Part shown: in pieces, positions 1-14,353 of the stretch
Numbering within the stretch: position 1 is the first letter of the stretch
How the letters are laid out: each line of letters opens with the position of its first letter
Assembly: GCF_006345805.1 (NCBI RefSeq)
Contig: NC_042997.1
Coordinates: forward strand, 6,758,001 to 6,822,000
Length of the DNA: 64,000 bases
Reading direction: 5' to 3'
Source: Octopus sinensis
Lineage: Eukaryota
The notes under the pieces: generated by a model
What the model saw: the letters and a program-made list of their open reading frames with translations, nothing else
Told to the model about the DNA's origin: nothing
Databases searched by the model: none
Program-made: the position numbers and the translations under genes

Positions 1-2211
1 AGAGCCACTAGTCTTGAGTAAGGATTGAATTCTCAATGCTCTTACAGCTTCATGTTTTGTTTATGAATCTGAATACAGTTAAACACAAAGAATTTAGACG
101 TATATTGGGAGGTCCTCAGCAAACAGACAAGTTTTTCTTTGATATCAGAAAATGAAACCACGTCTAGAAAAGCAAATTAGGGCCAGGTTGTCCAACACCT
201 CATTCGGGCTGAGGGCTGGGGAAATGATGAAACGAATGATCCCAGCATCGACGGTGTATCACCCTGACCACTGCCTTTGTGTTGAGAGAAGTAAAGTAAA
301 AATGAAAAGTGAAAATACTGTCACACACAATACACATATATATACACACACATACACACATACACAGAAACACGCACACTTGCACACCCAAAAAGTAATT
401 CTTAGTGAGGAACATATATATACACGTATAAATGTGTATATGTATATATACGTGTAAACCTCTGCGTAAATATAGTTGTATGCATCTCTTGCTAGATAAA
501 ATTTGATGTGAAGATTTTTGTATATGTAGTGTGTTCTAATATCTGGCGCGCATGAAATATTTGTGACTCATGTTGGGTTATCAACTTATCTCACATACGT
601 CCTCTAGAAAAGCACTGGGATGCTGATGTATGATAGCATTTCAAGAAGTACAGAGTGTAAGAGAACAATGTTGCTAGTGTATATTGGAAAAAGGGCGAGA
701 GATTATTGTACGTTCGAAAAACAGTTGTGGCCCTGTGCATATCCATGCTAATGATATAGTTGGCTTGAAGGAAATCTAGCCGCACATGTGATAGCGTAGT
801 CTTGCAAAAACCTATAGATCAAACAGATAAAAGTCAATTGGGAATCATACGAAGAAATATGCCTAATAGATATTCGTGCCAAACCTGAACAAAAGTAGCT
901 TAACAACATCAATTTCACAGAAAGATTTACGAGCATACACAAACCCCCAGTCGAAGCACACGCAAATATACGCCCATATACATATACAAATGAATACACA
1001 TATGCATACTCATATATGGAAGTATTTATAAGAATGCATGTACGTACAATGATATAGGCGTTTTTATTGTAATACTTAACTGTGAACTTACAAGTACATT
1101 TTGTGGCATTTATTAAATTTCAGTCACCGTGTATTGCCGATGCCAAATACTCAGTCACATAATACTATACATAGTAACAATGACCTATTTGCATTTGCAC
1201 TTTATAAACAATCTCCAAACATTTCATTTATTGTTTTCAATGAAAACGAAGACGTTAAAACACTAAGGAATGAGAAATTTCGTGCCACGTAAGCAATGGA
1301 AGCCAGTCAATGTTTGTGTTGAAAAAATGATCAAAAACGTGACAGTGGGACATACGATACAATTATACTAAATGTGTTTTAAGTAATATTTCTCCTTTGA
1401 TCTTGATTAAAGTTAATTGTCAGCTACATAGCGATTATAAATCATTAATATTGATTACTTTTTGAAATTATAAGCAAACATTATAACAAGCTGTGCTGTT
1501 TTATGCTGCTACTCAATGAGTTTTAAGGATAATTTTATTTTTATTTTGTTACATTCCGCATTTTAAAATCAACAATACGCACACAAACACAAACAGGTAC
1601 AGAAAATATGTAGGTAACCAGTTAAAAATGAGTGATCAATACCGTTTTGTAGGATAAATTTTAATTATTGCGTGCTTTCAATATACGAATTGTTTCATGC
1701 GAATAAATTCATTGCTATTCAGCCGTAGCTTTAATGATACTTTTAGCTCAGCCATTTTTCACATATAAGCATTACACACACACTCAACAAATTTCTTGAA
1801 TACATATAAGAACTGTGAATGGTTTTGATTTGTATGCATATCCCTGAATGCAAGCATGTATGAATCTGTTAATGTATGTATTGTGTATGCATGCATGAAT
1901 GTATGTATGTGTGTTGAACTGAATTTCTTAGAAAGTTGCTTCGTAAACAAGGTTTCTCAGATTATTTAATTTTGTCGTTTGATCTAAGCAGATCTGCTGT
2001 CGTACAGCACGTTTTGAATGCCCTGTGAATTTATTGCACTTGAAATTCAGACGTCCAGCGGTCTCACATATTGTATGGAGTTACGTTTATGGAGAATTAA
2101 GTGAAGTTTATACCTAAATGTAGAATACTCCACCACTTACATGATTCACTGAAAATATATTTAGTTATTCGAATAATTGAATAATACTCGAGGGAAGTTA
2201 GTATTACCTTT

Positions 2212-2247
<36 letters not shown>

Positions 2248-4095
2248 GGCATTTGCTTTAGTATTATTGCTTCTATATCAACGTATGTTGTCTGTCAATT
2301 CCTAATTACTCATCTATTGTCCCAGGTTTTATAAATGATTGCAGTCGTAGTCAAAATAATGTGTTTCCCAAAGTTCATAAAACTGTAATTTATTCTGCGA
2401 ATTTGAAAGAAATCAAAAGACAAGGCATTTTCTCTGCTTTGAATATCATTCCCTTCTACTATCTTGCTTTGCAACTAGAGTGTCATATTTACGCTTTCAG
2501 GATTTCACTGTAACCGTGTTTTTCTGGGACAACTCGTTGTGTATTCTCAGATAAACTTATATATACAGGCTACATGATGATCCGAAGGATGGGTGTTTTC
2601 ATAACCACACAATATATTGACGGATAGAATTCCGTGTTTTCTTAAAACTGAAAAAAGTATCTAGAAATGATAGGAAGCACTGTGTCTCAGAGTAATGAGT
2701 TTGGTATCATATGCATTATTTCCTCTGTTTAACCAACTGATTTAACAAATACAGCTAAATGAAGTGTAGTTTTAAATTGGATGTAATCAATGATATTACC
2801 GTGTTTATTTTTCGTTGGCAATTTATTTAGAAAATGATATATCTGCATATATTTCTGTTCTGTTCAAGGCAGTAAGTAAATTGATATTAATAGTAGCTTT
2901 ACTCTTGTTTTTTTGTTTCAGTGAATCGTTTTAAGTGTTTTCAAAATCGACAAATTATTGAAATATTGCGCTTGGCGCAAATGTTTCGAGAAGAGTATTT
3001 TTCGAAATGAATTATTTTCTTCAAATTTAAATCAATATTCTGTGTTATATCTGTTTTATTATTCTAAACGAAAAAAGAAACTAAGAAAACAAAGCAGACA
3101 AAATCCGAAATAGTATGTAAAGTATTATAAAGAAATGATTGTATTGAAATATACGGAACTACATAGATATTATTAAAATATAAACAACGAAATTTTTTAA
3201 TGAACTGACTGGTCGATCTTAAGATAAACGCTCGGAAGAATAAAATACAATAAGCATTAATGAAATATTCGGAATGTGTTGAAATGATAAATCAAAATTT
3301 AACGCAATGTTAAGGCTTCGTACCTAAAATAACATCATAACAAAGTAATTAATATCATTTTGGTACAAAATAAAGGCGGCAAGCTTGCAGAATCGTTAGC
3401 ACTCCGTTCAAATGTATAAGAATTTATACAAATGTATAAAAAATACGTAATCTGCTATCAAGTCATGTAAAGATAATATAAATATGGAAGTACAACGTCT
3501 CGCTGAAAATGGCTATAATTAAATATTGTCTCCTTGGAACAGAATACCTTACAGATAGGCAGCTAATTAAGTTCAGTTAATCCAGTGGGGATAGTAATAA
3601 ATGAGGATTATTTGAACCAACACATATATTTACATGTGGATTCATATTTACATGTGGATTCTGAATACACTTGAGACTCACGTTACATGAGAAAGTTAAT
3701 GTGCTGTACACTGAATAATTAACAGCAACCAGCAGTTTAGATACCATCTCTCGGAAATATTTATGTAAGTGTGAGCAATATTTTGGAGACAATACCAGGT
3801 TATGAGTGTCAGGGTGAAAAGATTTGCGTTTCAGTTATTGTGGAAATAACGTGAAGCGTGTCTCCAGTGGAGATAATATTCTTTTTAGAATATAGCATGT
3901 AGCTGACGTTAAATAATGAATTTTTGATTCTTGGTTTCTTGACAAAAAATATATTTGTGCTTATAATGTAATGCACCTAAAAAATGCAAACGCGTATATA
4001 TTCACATACTCCTATATGTATATTCATATGCATATGTTTGTGTGTCAATATGAGCTTACATACATACATACACACACACACACATATATATATGC

Positions 4096-4137
<42 letters not shown>

Positions 4138-5120
4138 CCTAACTATTTATAGAATATGTGTATATAAATTCACACACATGTATATATGTATATAGGCATG
4201 TATATATATATATATATATACATATATATACACACACTTATATATATATATATGTGTGTATACACACACTTATATATATATATGTGTGTGTGTATGTGTG
4301 TGTGTGTATGTGTGTGTGTGTATGTGTGTGTGTAGACGTAGTGGATAAAGAAAGAAAGAGCGAGAGCGAGTGAGTAACAGACGAGGTTATGTTGCTACTT
4401 TTGATCTTTTGATGGAAACAACAATAAAATACACAAATATTACAAGTTACGAATACAAAACAGCGAAACATGGCATTAGCAGCATCTGGGTGAAGAGAAA
4501 ACATGTCTGAAAGATGTAACATTAATCCAATCAATAATCTCTTCAGCAGTGACACTAGACCTACATTGCTGTCAGAATCATTAAGAACTGAAAAGACTAG
4601 CGTGGAAATATCTCAGGGAGAAAAGTGAGTTCCATAATATTAAGTACATTTGCTATTGACAAGTTAGCCGTTTCTTGCAAACGAACATAAAGATGCACAT
4701 ACATACAATCGCACACATAGCAACTTACACAAAGAAATGCACACAGACACCCATGAATATTTTTCACTTACGTTAGTAATACGTCTTTCAGAAGGAATTA
4801 AGGATATTGCCCAATAAACTAGGTTTAGTGTTATGTAACCAAATATTAGATATACACTAAACTGATAATAATAACACAAATATCAGTATATGCTTGTGAG
4901 TGCTACCCTGTATATATTTGTGTTCGAGAATGTGTATTGATATACATTCAGTCTCTCACACACATGTAATTTTTCTGTAACGCATGTGTAAAACCGGATA
5001 TATTGAAATTCCTGTTTGCTCTTGGTGTTGACGCTTCTCAATAGTTTTTCGGCAAATCCATCAATTTAGCTCAATTTTAATATGGGAATAAAGTAAAAAT
5101 TAAAGCGAAATTCATGAATA

Positions 5121-5272
5121 GCCATGTGGTAAGAAGTTTTCTTTGTCAACATGGGTCCCGGTACCAACCCACCGCGTGGATGCTCGGGTAAAGGTTTCTA
5201 CTGTAGCCTCATGCCGACAAAATCCTTCTTTGTGGATAGGATATGCGGAAAGTGAAAGAAATCGGCCGTATG
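5121..5272 (+). mobile_element. SINE family A, degenerate 5' half
   Basis: gtggtaagaag..catgggtcccgg..cgcgtgg..ctactgtagcctc..gtggat..cggaaagtgaaagaa aligns to the family A head. Confidence 0.55.
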
Positions 5273-5487
5273 GGTGTCTGTGAGTGCATGTATGTCTCTG
5301 CACGCATGTGTGTATTTGTGTCTGTGTTTGTCTCTCACTACTACTTAATGCTACTTAACAATTGCCCAGAACGTGCAGGACCCTCCAAGCTACCGCCATT
5401 GAAATGCGTTATAATAATCGCTCTGAATAGACTTACAACTATAGCAGTTCAATCACTCTTTAGCCGTGAAACATAGACTGTCTATAT

Positions 5488-5901
5488 CTCTTTACTCTTT
5501 TACTTGATTTAGTCATTTGACTGCGGTCATGCTGAAGCACCGCCTTTAATCGAACAACTCAACCCTGGGACTTATTCTTTTTGTAAGCTCAGTACTTATT
5601 CTATCGGTCTCTTTTGCCGAACCGCTAAGTAACGGCGACATAATCACACCAGCATCGGTTGTCAAGCAAAGCTAGGGGGACAAACACAGACTCACAAACA
5701 CACACAGGCATATATATATATATACACACACATATATACGACGGGCTTCTTTTCAGTTTCCCTCTACCAAATCCACTCACGAGGCTTTGGTCGGCCCGAG
5801 GCTATAGTAGAAGACACTTGCCCAAGGTGCCACTAGTTTGATTGAATCCGGAACCATGTGGTTGGTAAACAAGCTACTTACCACACAGCCACTCCGGCGC
5901 C
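5488..5901 (-). mobile_element. SINE family A, full length
   Basis: Collinear reverse complement of 61897-62292, with a (TAAAAGA)-type tail at 5488-5505. Confidence 0.9.
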
Positions 5902-6129
5902 TATCAACAATTTTCGAACATTCGTTACATTATTGTCGCAAGTATATAAGATCATGATTTTATTAAATTTTGTCTAGTTAGACACCATTTTCTTCCTAAA
6001 GCTCTGCAAATATAAATGCGTTGAACGAACGTCATCGTGAGGTGGCAATATGTAAAATATATATAAGAATTGTATTTTTGAAAAGGAGATCCTCACTAGC
6101 AGAAATGATCCAAAAGAGAAACATTGTGC

Positions 6130-6660
6130 ACAACTCTGCTTCGAGCCATCACACTACACGTCTGTGTAATATCACAGAACCTATCTAAACATTACGCAAA
6201 GGTGCTACAGATCATTCCGTTCACTTTAATTACCATATTATACATGTCACAGCATAAGTTACTTCGTGCTTTGATACGAGGATATTCAAGATAACATATC
6301 AAATATACTTTCGGCCTGAAGATATTACTTCACATTTAATTCCATTATATATAACAAAGCTTTCACACTGAACTTCTAGCGGCTATTACATATACTCCGA
6401 CTTCCAGCATTCCTTGACACGGTTAAAATTTTATATTATAAACATTAAATTGATTTATATTTGATAGTTTAGAAACAAGATTTTAAAAGTACGAATAGAT
6501 TCCTAAAGCTGTGTATGGGATACAATCACATATCTGTTGTAATCCATATCAGCAGGATAAACATATAACAAAATATATTGGTGCAACAACACCCGTAAAT
6601 TGCCATTACGAATTTAGTCACCGATTATGTGCATTCCCACCCAGGTGATCACATATCCAA
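6130..6660 (+). mobile_element. Highly decayed PLE coding relic (RT C-terminus to GIY-YIG)
   Basis: Broken frames give SSH..RLCNI..A*VTSCF, TFNS, DTVKILY, NKIL and KYIGAT in the same order as SNH..ILRNL..ALKNSGF, WFNP, RTLKVSY, NRKL and TYTGAS in the 52.6-kb element. Aligned by eye. Confidence 0.4.
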
Positions 6661-6848
6661 TATAAATAACATAACAACTGATTTTCATATGGAAATAAAC
6701 ATGATTGTATTACCTTCGAGACGCCAGGGTCATTTATTTCGGACATAATCAATGAAATTAATATATGTACGAATATTCCATTAATTCGGTATATTCTTTG
6801 AGTATATCTATTCTTTATATATTATTTCGTGATAGCTAACTAGTACTA

Positions 6849-6884
6849 GTATTGCTACAGCTACTGCTGCTGCTACTACTACTA

Positions 6885-6933
<49 letters not shown>

Positions 6934-6959
6934 CACCACCACCACCACTACTACTACTA

Positions 6960-7007
<48 letters not shown>

Positions 7008-7010
7008 CGG
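6849..7010. repeat. Compound (CTA)n/(CCA)n microsatellite
   Basis: Read directly. Confidence 0.95.
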
Positions 7011-7099
7011 CACCGCCGCCGCTCATGTTACTGTTGTTGCTCCAACTACTACAATATATATTTAGAAATATGTATGTGTGTATGAACACATGCACACAC

Positions 7100-7187
<88 letters not shown>

Positions 7188-7668
7188 TATTACAGAAACA
7201 TGTAAAGTAGTGAATGAATGAAGAATGAATGAATGATTGAATGAATGAATGCCGGTGTTATACAAGGCATTTGATATTGTTATGTTTCAGATACTTTGGA
7301 ATACTAGACATAAATAATACATAAATATATGATCGTCTTCAGTCTTCCTGCAATTCATATACTCATTTTTATATATTTAATGTAAATCTGTTTGTAACAG
7401 GTTGGTCTAATATCAGATATGAATATATCGAATAACATTTAGCAATACAGCAACAAAAAAAAAATAGAGGGAAAAAAGAAGAAAGAAATTTCACGCAGTT
7501 TGGTGCTCTACTAAGTGTGAAGAAATAGCCTCTGAAAGTCAATTGCTGAAGGAATGCTGTATATATCATTTAGGATATAGATCATGGAAATCTATAGAGA
7601 AAATATGGTATCGAAAGGGAAATGCGCTTATTGTAAGCAACAGTAAACCGCTATAGCAGCGACAAAAG

Positions 7669-8150
<482 letters not shown>

Positions 8151-8626
8151 ACTTGCAATGATAATAAATGTATTTTGAAACTATAGGCAGAAAGAGACTT
8201 TCCCTGCAAAAGTAAATCGATAAAGAAAATGTTAAACAGTAAAAAAAATATATAAAAGAAAATCGATAAAGAATGCAGTCATTTCTACTCAGCCAAACCT
8301 GACTGGCTAAAAGCTGTCAGATGTTTATATCATGTCACAGGTCATCGTTCTCGTTCAACTTGTTTGAGATAAAAGTGGATATATTTTACTGTGTGATCTG
8401 CATTAAAATATCAAACGTTAATCCACCTAATTCTGTTTCAACGTTGCCTTTATATGAATATGTTTAACTATATCTAGGTTTATATTTCACTATGTATGCA
8501 TGTATGTTTGTATGTATGTATGTATGCATCGATGCATGTAAGTATGTATGTATGTATGTACGTGTGTATATATGTATGTGTGTATCAATTTATTTATGTA
8601 TCAGTCTGGCCGTCGGTCGGCCGAAA

Positions 8627-8680
<54 letters not shown>

Positions 8681-8689
8681 ATATATATC

Positions 8690-8754
<65 letters not shown>

Positions 8755-9412
8755 TATATATCAAAGTAAGCAACAATACTAAATTTTGCGGGACTTTTAT
8801 ATTTATATATATATATAGAGAGAGAGAGAGAGCGAGAGGGAGAGAGAGAGGGAGAGAGAGAGAAAGGGAGAGAGATAGATAAATAGATATATATGCACAT
8901 GTGCATATGCGTATGTATATACATATATACATATACACACACATATATGATATACATGAATGTATATATGCCTGTATATATATATATGCATTCATAAACT
9001 CGTGCATATAAACTCGCATACGTATACAAGAATATGTATGCAAGTGCGTATAGATTTTATCCTGAAGAAGGACCTGTGCCCATTTATTCGTAGTTCATAT
9101 GAAATTGCTGAGATGAATGCGTACGATAGATCTTTGACAAGGAAAAGGCATTGAGAGCTAATGGCATTAAGGAGTCATTGCTCGTTTTAAATGTTGAATG
9201 TGCAAACAGTAAAACCTAGTTTCTAACATCACGAAATATTAAAACCTTACAGCACGTGCTCGTACACATACGAGTAAACAGACATGAAAGCGCGCACTGA
9301 AATATTTATACATACATGCATGCACAAATGCTGAGATTGAGATATAGATTGGGGCAGAGTTAGAGTTTGATATATAGGTTAAAACATGTAGGACTGCATA
9401 TTCACGTAATAT

Positions 9413-9528
<116 letters not shown>

Positions 9529-9699
9529 GTACAAAAACCCACCCAGCCACAGATATATCTAAATATACATTCATATACATACGTATGTACACACAGACAC
9601 GCACACACGTATCCCTGATGGTGATTATGCAGTTGTATGAGTGAGAATCCGTCCCGATTTGTTGATGGAGATGAAAAACACTCTCTGTTTCTTGCGCTA

Positions 9700-10330
9700 A
9701 CCTAAGAAAATATCTCAACAGAAGAAGAGACATATTAGGTGACCAATGATGTGCTTGTTGTGCTTGTCCAAATACTCTAAGCAGAATTTATTTCTGGGGT
9801 GTAGTTTGATAAATGAAGAAGGTAACTTCGGAGCCTTTCGTAAGAGCATATACGTGAGAGAGGTTTTGCTGTTTAGAGTTTATATTCTTTCGACAGTAAT
9901 GTGCATAGCATGAGAGTATGAGCACAGCAGTTTATATTTATTCGACAGTAATTCGCACAGTGGGTTGTGATGTGGAAAGTGTAATTGAATTATTTTCCAT
10001 GACATGGTATCAAAACAGGTTTCTAGAGGAATTTTAGTCGAAACAGTAATTACAAGAAGATGGGTGCTCAGAATTAGTGACGTCGATGCGTGGAAGCAAA
10101 GTAGTGACTCTGTTGGAGATAAACTGATGTCAATCAGTGGAATGTCTCGATAAAACAAGACATATCTCTGATGGTACATATGGTAGAGATAAATTATTGT
10201 ACGGAGCAGAATTTATTAACGGTGTAGATAAAGTATGTGAGGATCTCTCCAGTTCACAAAGTCTCATCTATATAACTTCGGATGCCCTTGTAACCGTAGA
10301 GATGTGTATGGATTTGCCTTGCTGCTTTCG
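9700..10330 (-). mobile_element. Possible decayed gypsy-type LTR retrotransposon pol fragment
   Basis: Broken minus frames give GIRSYIDE.L.TG, EICL, CHGK, PLCELL and LSNYTP in the order expected for YIDD..KC.F..YGKF..PL..LL..L.HYDP. Many stops; aligned by eye. Confidence 0.35.
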
Positions 10331-11024
10331 AATTTATAACTAATATTATCATCATTCATAAAACATCACACGCAAACACAGCCCTCCCGCTCTTTCCCTC
10401 CATTGTCCACACTTCCTGTATAATTCTCCTTAAAGTAGTACCTTATATGAGTTCCCTTTACTGAAGTATCGTACTCAATTTTTTTATTTTCTTGTCATTT
10501 ATTTTCCACTCCGTTTACTACCGAGTTTTACCTTCCTGTTCCATCCTTAACCCACGCTTTTTTTTTTGTGCATCATTTGTGAAACCTCTAATATATTTTT
10601 CTCCGGTTCCATCTCTCCCCATCTTCGTTTGCTCACACCATTTCCGTCATAGGCTTACCTTCTCCTTCTATACGTCACCATTTTAATGCAAGTCTTTTTT
10701 TTCCATCTCTCTGTAACTCTAGATTTGTCACTACTCAAAACAATTGAAATTATCGAACTTTTCTACAACTCTAGCAATGTGTAAGTAGTTAAGTTGATCT
10801 AGTAAATGGAGCACATATAGTCGAAATCAATGTCTGATCCATTTATTTTTACTCTCCAGACTGACAGATTTTTATAATTTATGTATGAGAATATTGTTTC
10901 ACACTCTGTGTCGGAGTAATGCTGATAGAAAATCTACGTACGAAAATCTAATACTTAGCTAGACTACAATGTTATATAAGTTTTTATACATTTCCTTTTA
11001 TTCTACGATCATGATATTGTAAAC

Positions 11025-11087
<63 letters not shown>

Positions 11088-11152
11088 CGTATATATATAT
11101 ATATTATATAATATATATATATATATATAATATATATATATATATATTATAT

Positions 11153-11234
<82 letters not shown>

Positions 11235-11235
11235 C
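11025..11235. repeat. Interrupted (AT)n microsatellite
   Basis: Read directly. Confidence 0.95.
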
Positions 11236-12110
11236 TTTTAATGTGTCTGTAAGGTTCACCATTTCGGTTATGCATTGTTAACCGACTTTGGGTACGTGTA
11301 ATTCCATCAATATATGAAACGTTAATACCTTTGTAAGTGGCATGAAGCCAAATGCATTCAAAATCTGAATAAAGTTATCCAATTTAATATATTTCGTCAA
11401 AAGAGACTATACGAAATTTTATTTTAGTATTTGTTAGTCTTTACTAAATTCTACGTCAAGGTGTGACTTAAAGTTGCTTACTACGTGTTTGTTTCTTCTA
11501 CTCTTTCAACATTTCTTATTTCTGAGTTATATTTTCAAATTATCTTGAAATGCTATTTTTTCACTTCATACACCTTCTATCAAGGAAAACATATATATTC
11601 GTTTCATTAAAACTTAAAAGATGAATTAAAACTACTAGTGAATATGAAAGCTATGTGCAACAGCTTCATCTTATATGATAACCGCATATTCATTTTAAAG
11701 AATTGAGCGTACTTGCTTGATATAATTTGCGAAATATTTTCTGTTCATAGCAATTATTGATATTTCTCAAGGGATTTATACAGATGGAGAATATTGTATA
11801 AAATATATGAAGAACAGCCTGTTGTGAATATGGCATATTCATTTTTCTATGGAGACGTAGTGAGACAGACAACAACGCACATACAACCGAGCATCTACAC
11901 ATGGTACCCGTACGAATGTTTGTTTTTCCATCATATATCTCAGATACTGGACATTTCACACAGCAGATTCATAAGAAGAGATATGTTAAGACAATGACCA
12001 TATTAACTGGCATTTTGGCATTGTATATGCATTTAATATGATACACAGGTGGAGATTTTAATCGAATACCCATTTTAGTGCGTATATCATTTATATATAT
12101 ATAATTAAAT

Positions 12111-12466
12111 TAGAGATAAAACCACCATTAGGCAAATCATACAATGAAAAACTTAAGCCAATACATAAGATTAATTAATTTGTATTATTTTAAATATATA
12201 TCAAAATTTTAAAAAAAGATAATTAGTATAACACTACGATCGTTTCGTGGCTGTCGAATTCTTAAAATTTCGAGTTACAGTCATTCTTCAGGTGATTTAA
12301 ATATTTAACTTAGCGAGGTTTAATCAATGTATTGGCTTAAGTTTTTCATTGTATGATTTGCCTAATAGTGGTTTTATCTCTAAATTAATATAATATAATA
12401 TTTTACTATAAAATTGGATTCAATCCTAAATCTGATTTTTTCCAGTAAGTTTGGATTTATTCCCTA
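12111..12466 (-). mobile_element. Non-autonomous PLE-like element with hammerhead motif and inverted tail
   Basis: Arms 12111-12166 and 12327-12382 match at 55/56. Minus-strand cac CTGAAGA [hairpin] GAAA c-gatc-g TA gtg at 12294-12232. 12327-12466 is homologous to 18068-18206. Confidence 0.6.
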
Positions 12467-12548
12467 ATATTTTATTATATATATATATACATATAAACGG
12501 CGGTGCATCAGCATGGTCGCAGCTCTGAGCTGACACTTTAATAAAAGA

Positions 12549-12579
<31 letters not shown>

Positions 12580-12647
12580 CTTGTATGTGTGATTCTGTCA
12601 GTCTATCTATCTATCTATATATAAGTGTATATATATTACATATATCC

Positions 12648-12687
<40 letters not shown>

Positions 12688-12829
12688 TCATGAGTTCATG
12701 AGTGAACGAATATGTATATTTAAATATATGTGTATGTGTTTCTGTATGAACATATCTTATAAAATTCTCATAAAATCGTATTATCTTTAGCTGAAAGTTT
12801 CAATAGTAATAGCTGTTATAAAGTTAGTG

Positions 12830-12863
<34 letters not shown>

Positions 12864-13713
12864 TGTATATGTATGAGCTCATGTATGATTGTATATACCT
12901 ATATATGTATTAGTGTTGTAGTTTGATGATACATAAAGAAATATATAACCCCCCCTATACGAAATGATATAAATAGAGACTGTTTTTATAGCAGTGCAAA
13001 TCATATGCAATATTTTGTATAATCTATTAAATTTTGGAAGAAAAAGTAATTCCGAAACTATTAAGTAAAATAAGAAACTACAAGGAATTCAAGGAAGAAA
13101 AAGAAATCGTAAGATTAATTTATATAATAATATTAACACAAGCATTAATCAAGCGATTAAATGGCATAAAATATGGCGAGTAGTGGTGTTAATGATGAGT
13201 TAGGCAGAATAATAAGATAAAGAACTTAATGGAACGTTTAGACATTTTAAGAGAACTTTCTATAAAAATAACAATAAAACTAAAACTATATATATTCCAC
13301 ATTATATGTAATATTATGTTATTCTATCGTTGCAAACTAAAAGGATTATGTTAAGGTCGGAAATTGAATTTTATTACAATACGTCAAAGGAAAATTGAAA
13401 TATTTTAATAAATATAGTTATGATGTTTTATTATTCTTCAGATTGTAGCACTCAAATTGGTACAATAAGTATAATGTATCGGTTTCCCTATTCCGTATAA
13501 TGAGGCGTGTGGGCTAAACAGCACCTCAAACATACGACTATACATGCAATCGATTTTTACCAGCTACTATGAAACTCACATATCTCAGTGTTTATATAAA
13601 TCAATCTATCTATCTATAGATAGATAGACAACTAGAAAGATAGACAGGTATAAAGATACATACACACACATATATACATACATTCATGCATCCATACATT
13701 CATACATACCTAT

Positions 13714-13765
<52 letters not shown>

Positions 13766-14286
13766 CATCCTTGCATTGTATTTTACCCTTTTTTAAAACC
13801 CGGTGTCATTAGTTGACTTATTCTCATAAAACAACTGATGTATTTTCCTTCCTCATTCAATATCGGTTAGGTGCCTTGCGATGTGAATATCGGATTGGAC
13901 TTGCAGTCGTAACATCGGAAGTTCGATTTCTATGTCTTTGATTCGTTATAACTTTGAGGATGACAACATATTTCATGTTAGTCAACTGAAAACGGCTGCC
14001 AGTGTAGTACTGGTGTCGCTCTATCCTCCTGCTATCATGTCTGAAATATCAAATATGTGATGGCTATTATTTTGTATCTATATTTTTAAAACCTTGAGAA
14101 CAGAATATAAACTCTTTTTCATTCGTCGAATGATGTCTTTATTCCTTACTGACGCACATTTTCCTTATACACGCTGAATTCAAATCAAACTGTCAATATA
14201 TTCACAAACCGAACAATTAGAGACTATACCTCTATCTGACAACACTGCCAATTTAAAATGCATTGTACAACGTATCCTGTATGTAG

Positions 14287-14353
14287 GGAACATCAAGATA
14301 GACGTGGGGCAACAGAATTTATCATAGACGTAATCAACTATGCGAAATTTGAG
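14287..14353 (+). CDS. Candidate internal exon, product unknown
   Basis: cctgtatgtag|G GAA CAT..TTT GAG|gtagga; only one frame is open (EHQDRRGATEFIIDVINYAKFE). Confidence 0.22.

Noticed and set aside
149-300. GC-richer patch with open frames on both strands
   Set aside because: Plausible acceptors on both strands, weak donors and no recognisable peptide; strand and frame cannot be chosen.
3626-3661. 18-bp tandem duplication (similar ones at 9877-9952 and 28228-28278)
   Set aside because: Ordinary two-copy micro-duplications; no spacer array, so not CRISPR-like.
11944-12041. TGHFTQ (CAP-domain-like) after a good acceptor
   Set aside because: The following VVW-type residues are absent, the frame stops soon after, and no other CAP motifs lie nearby.
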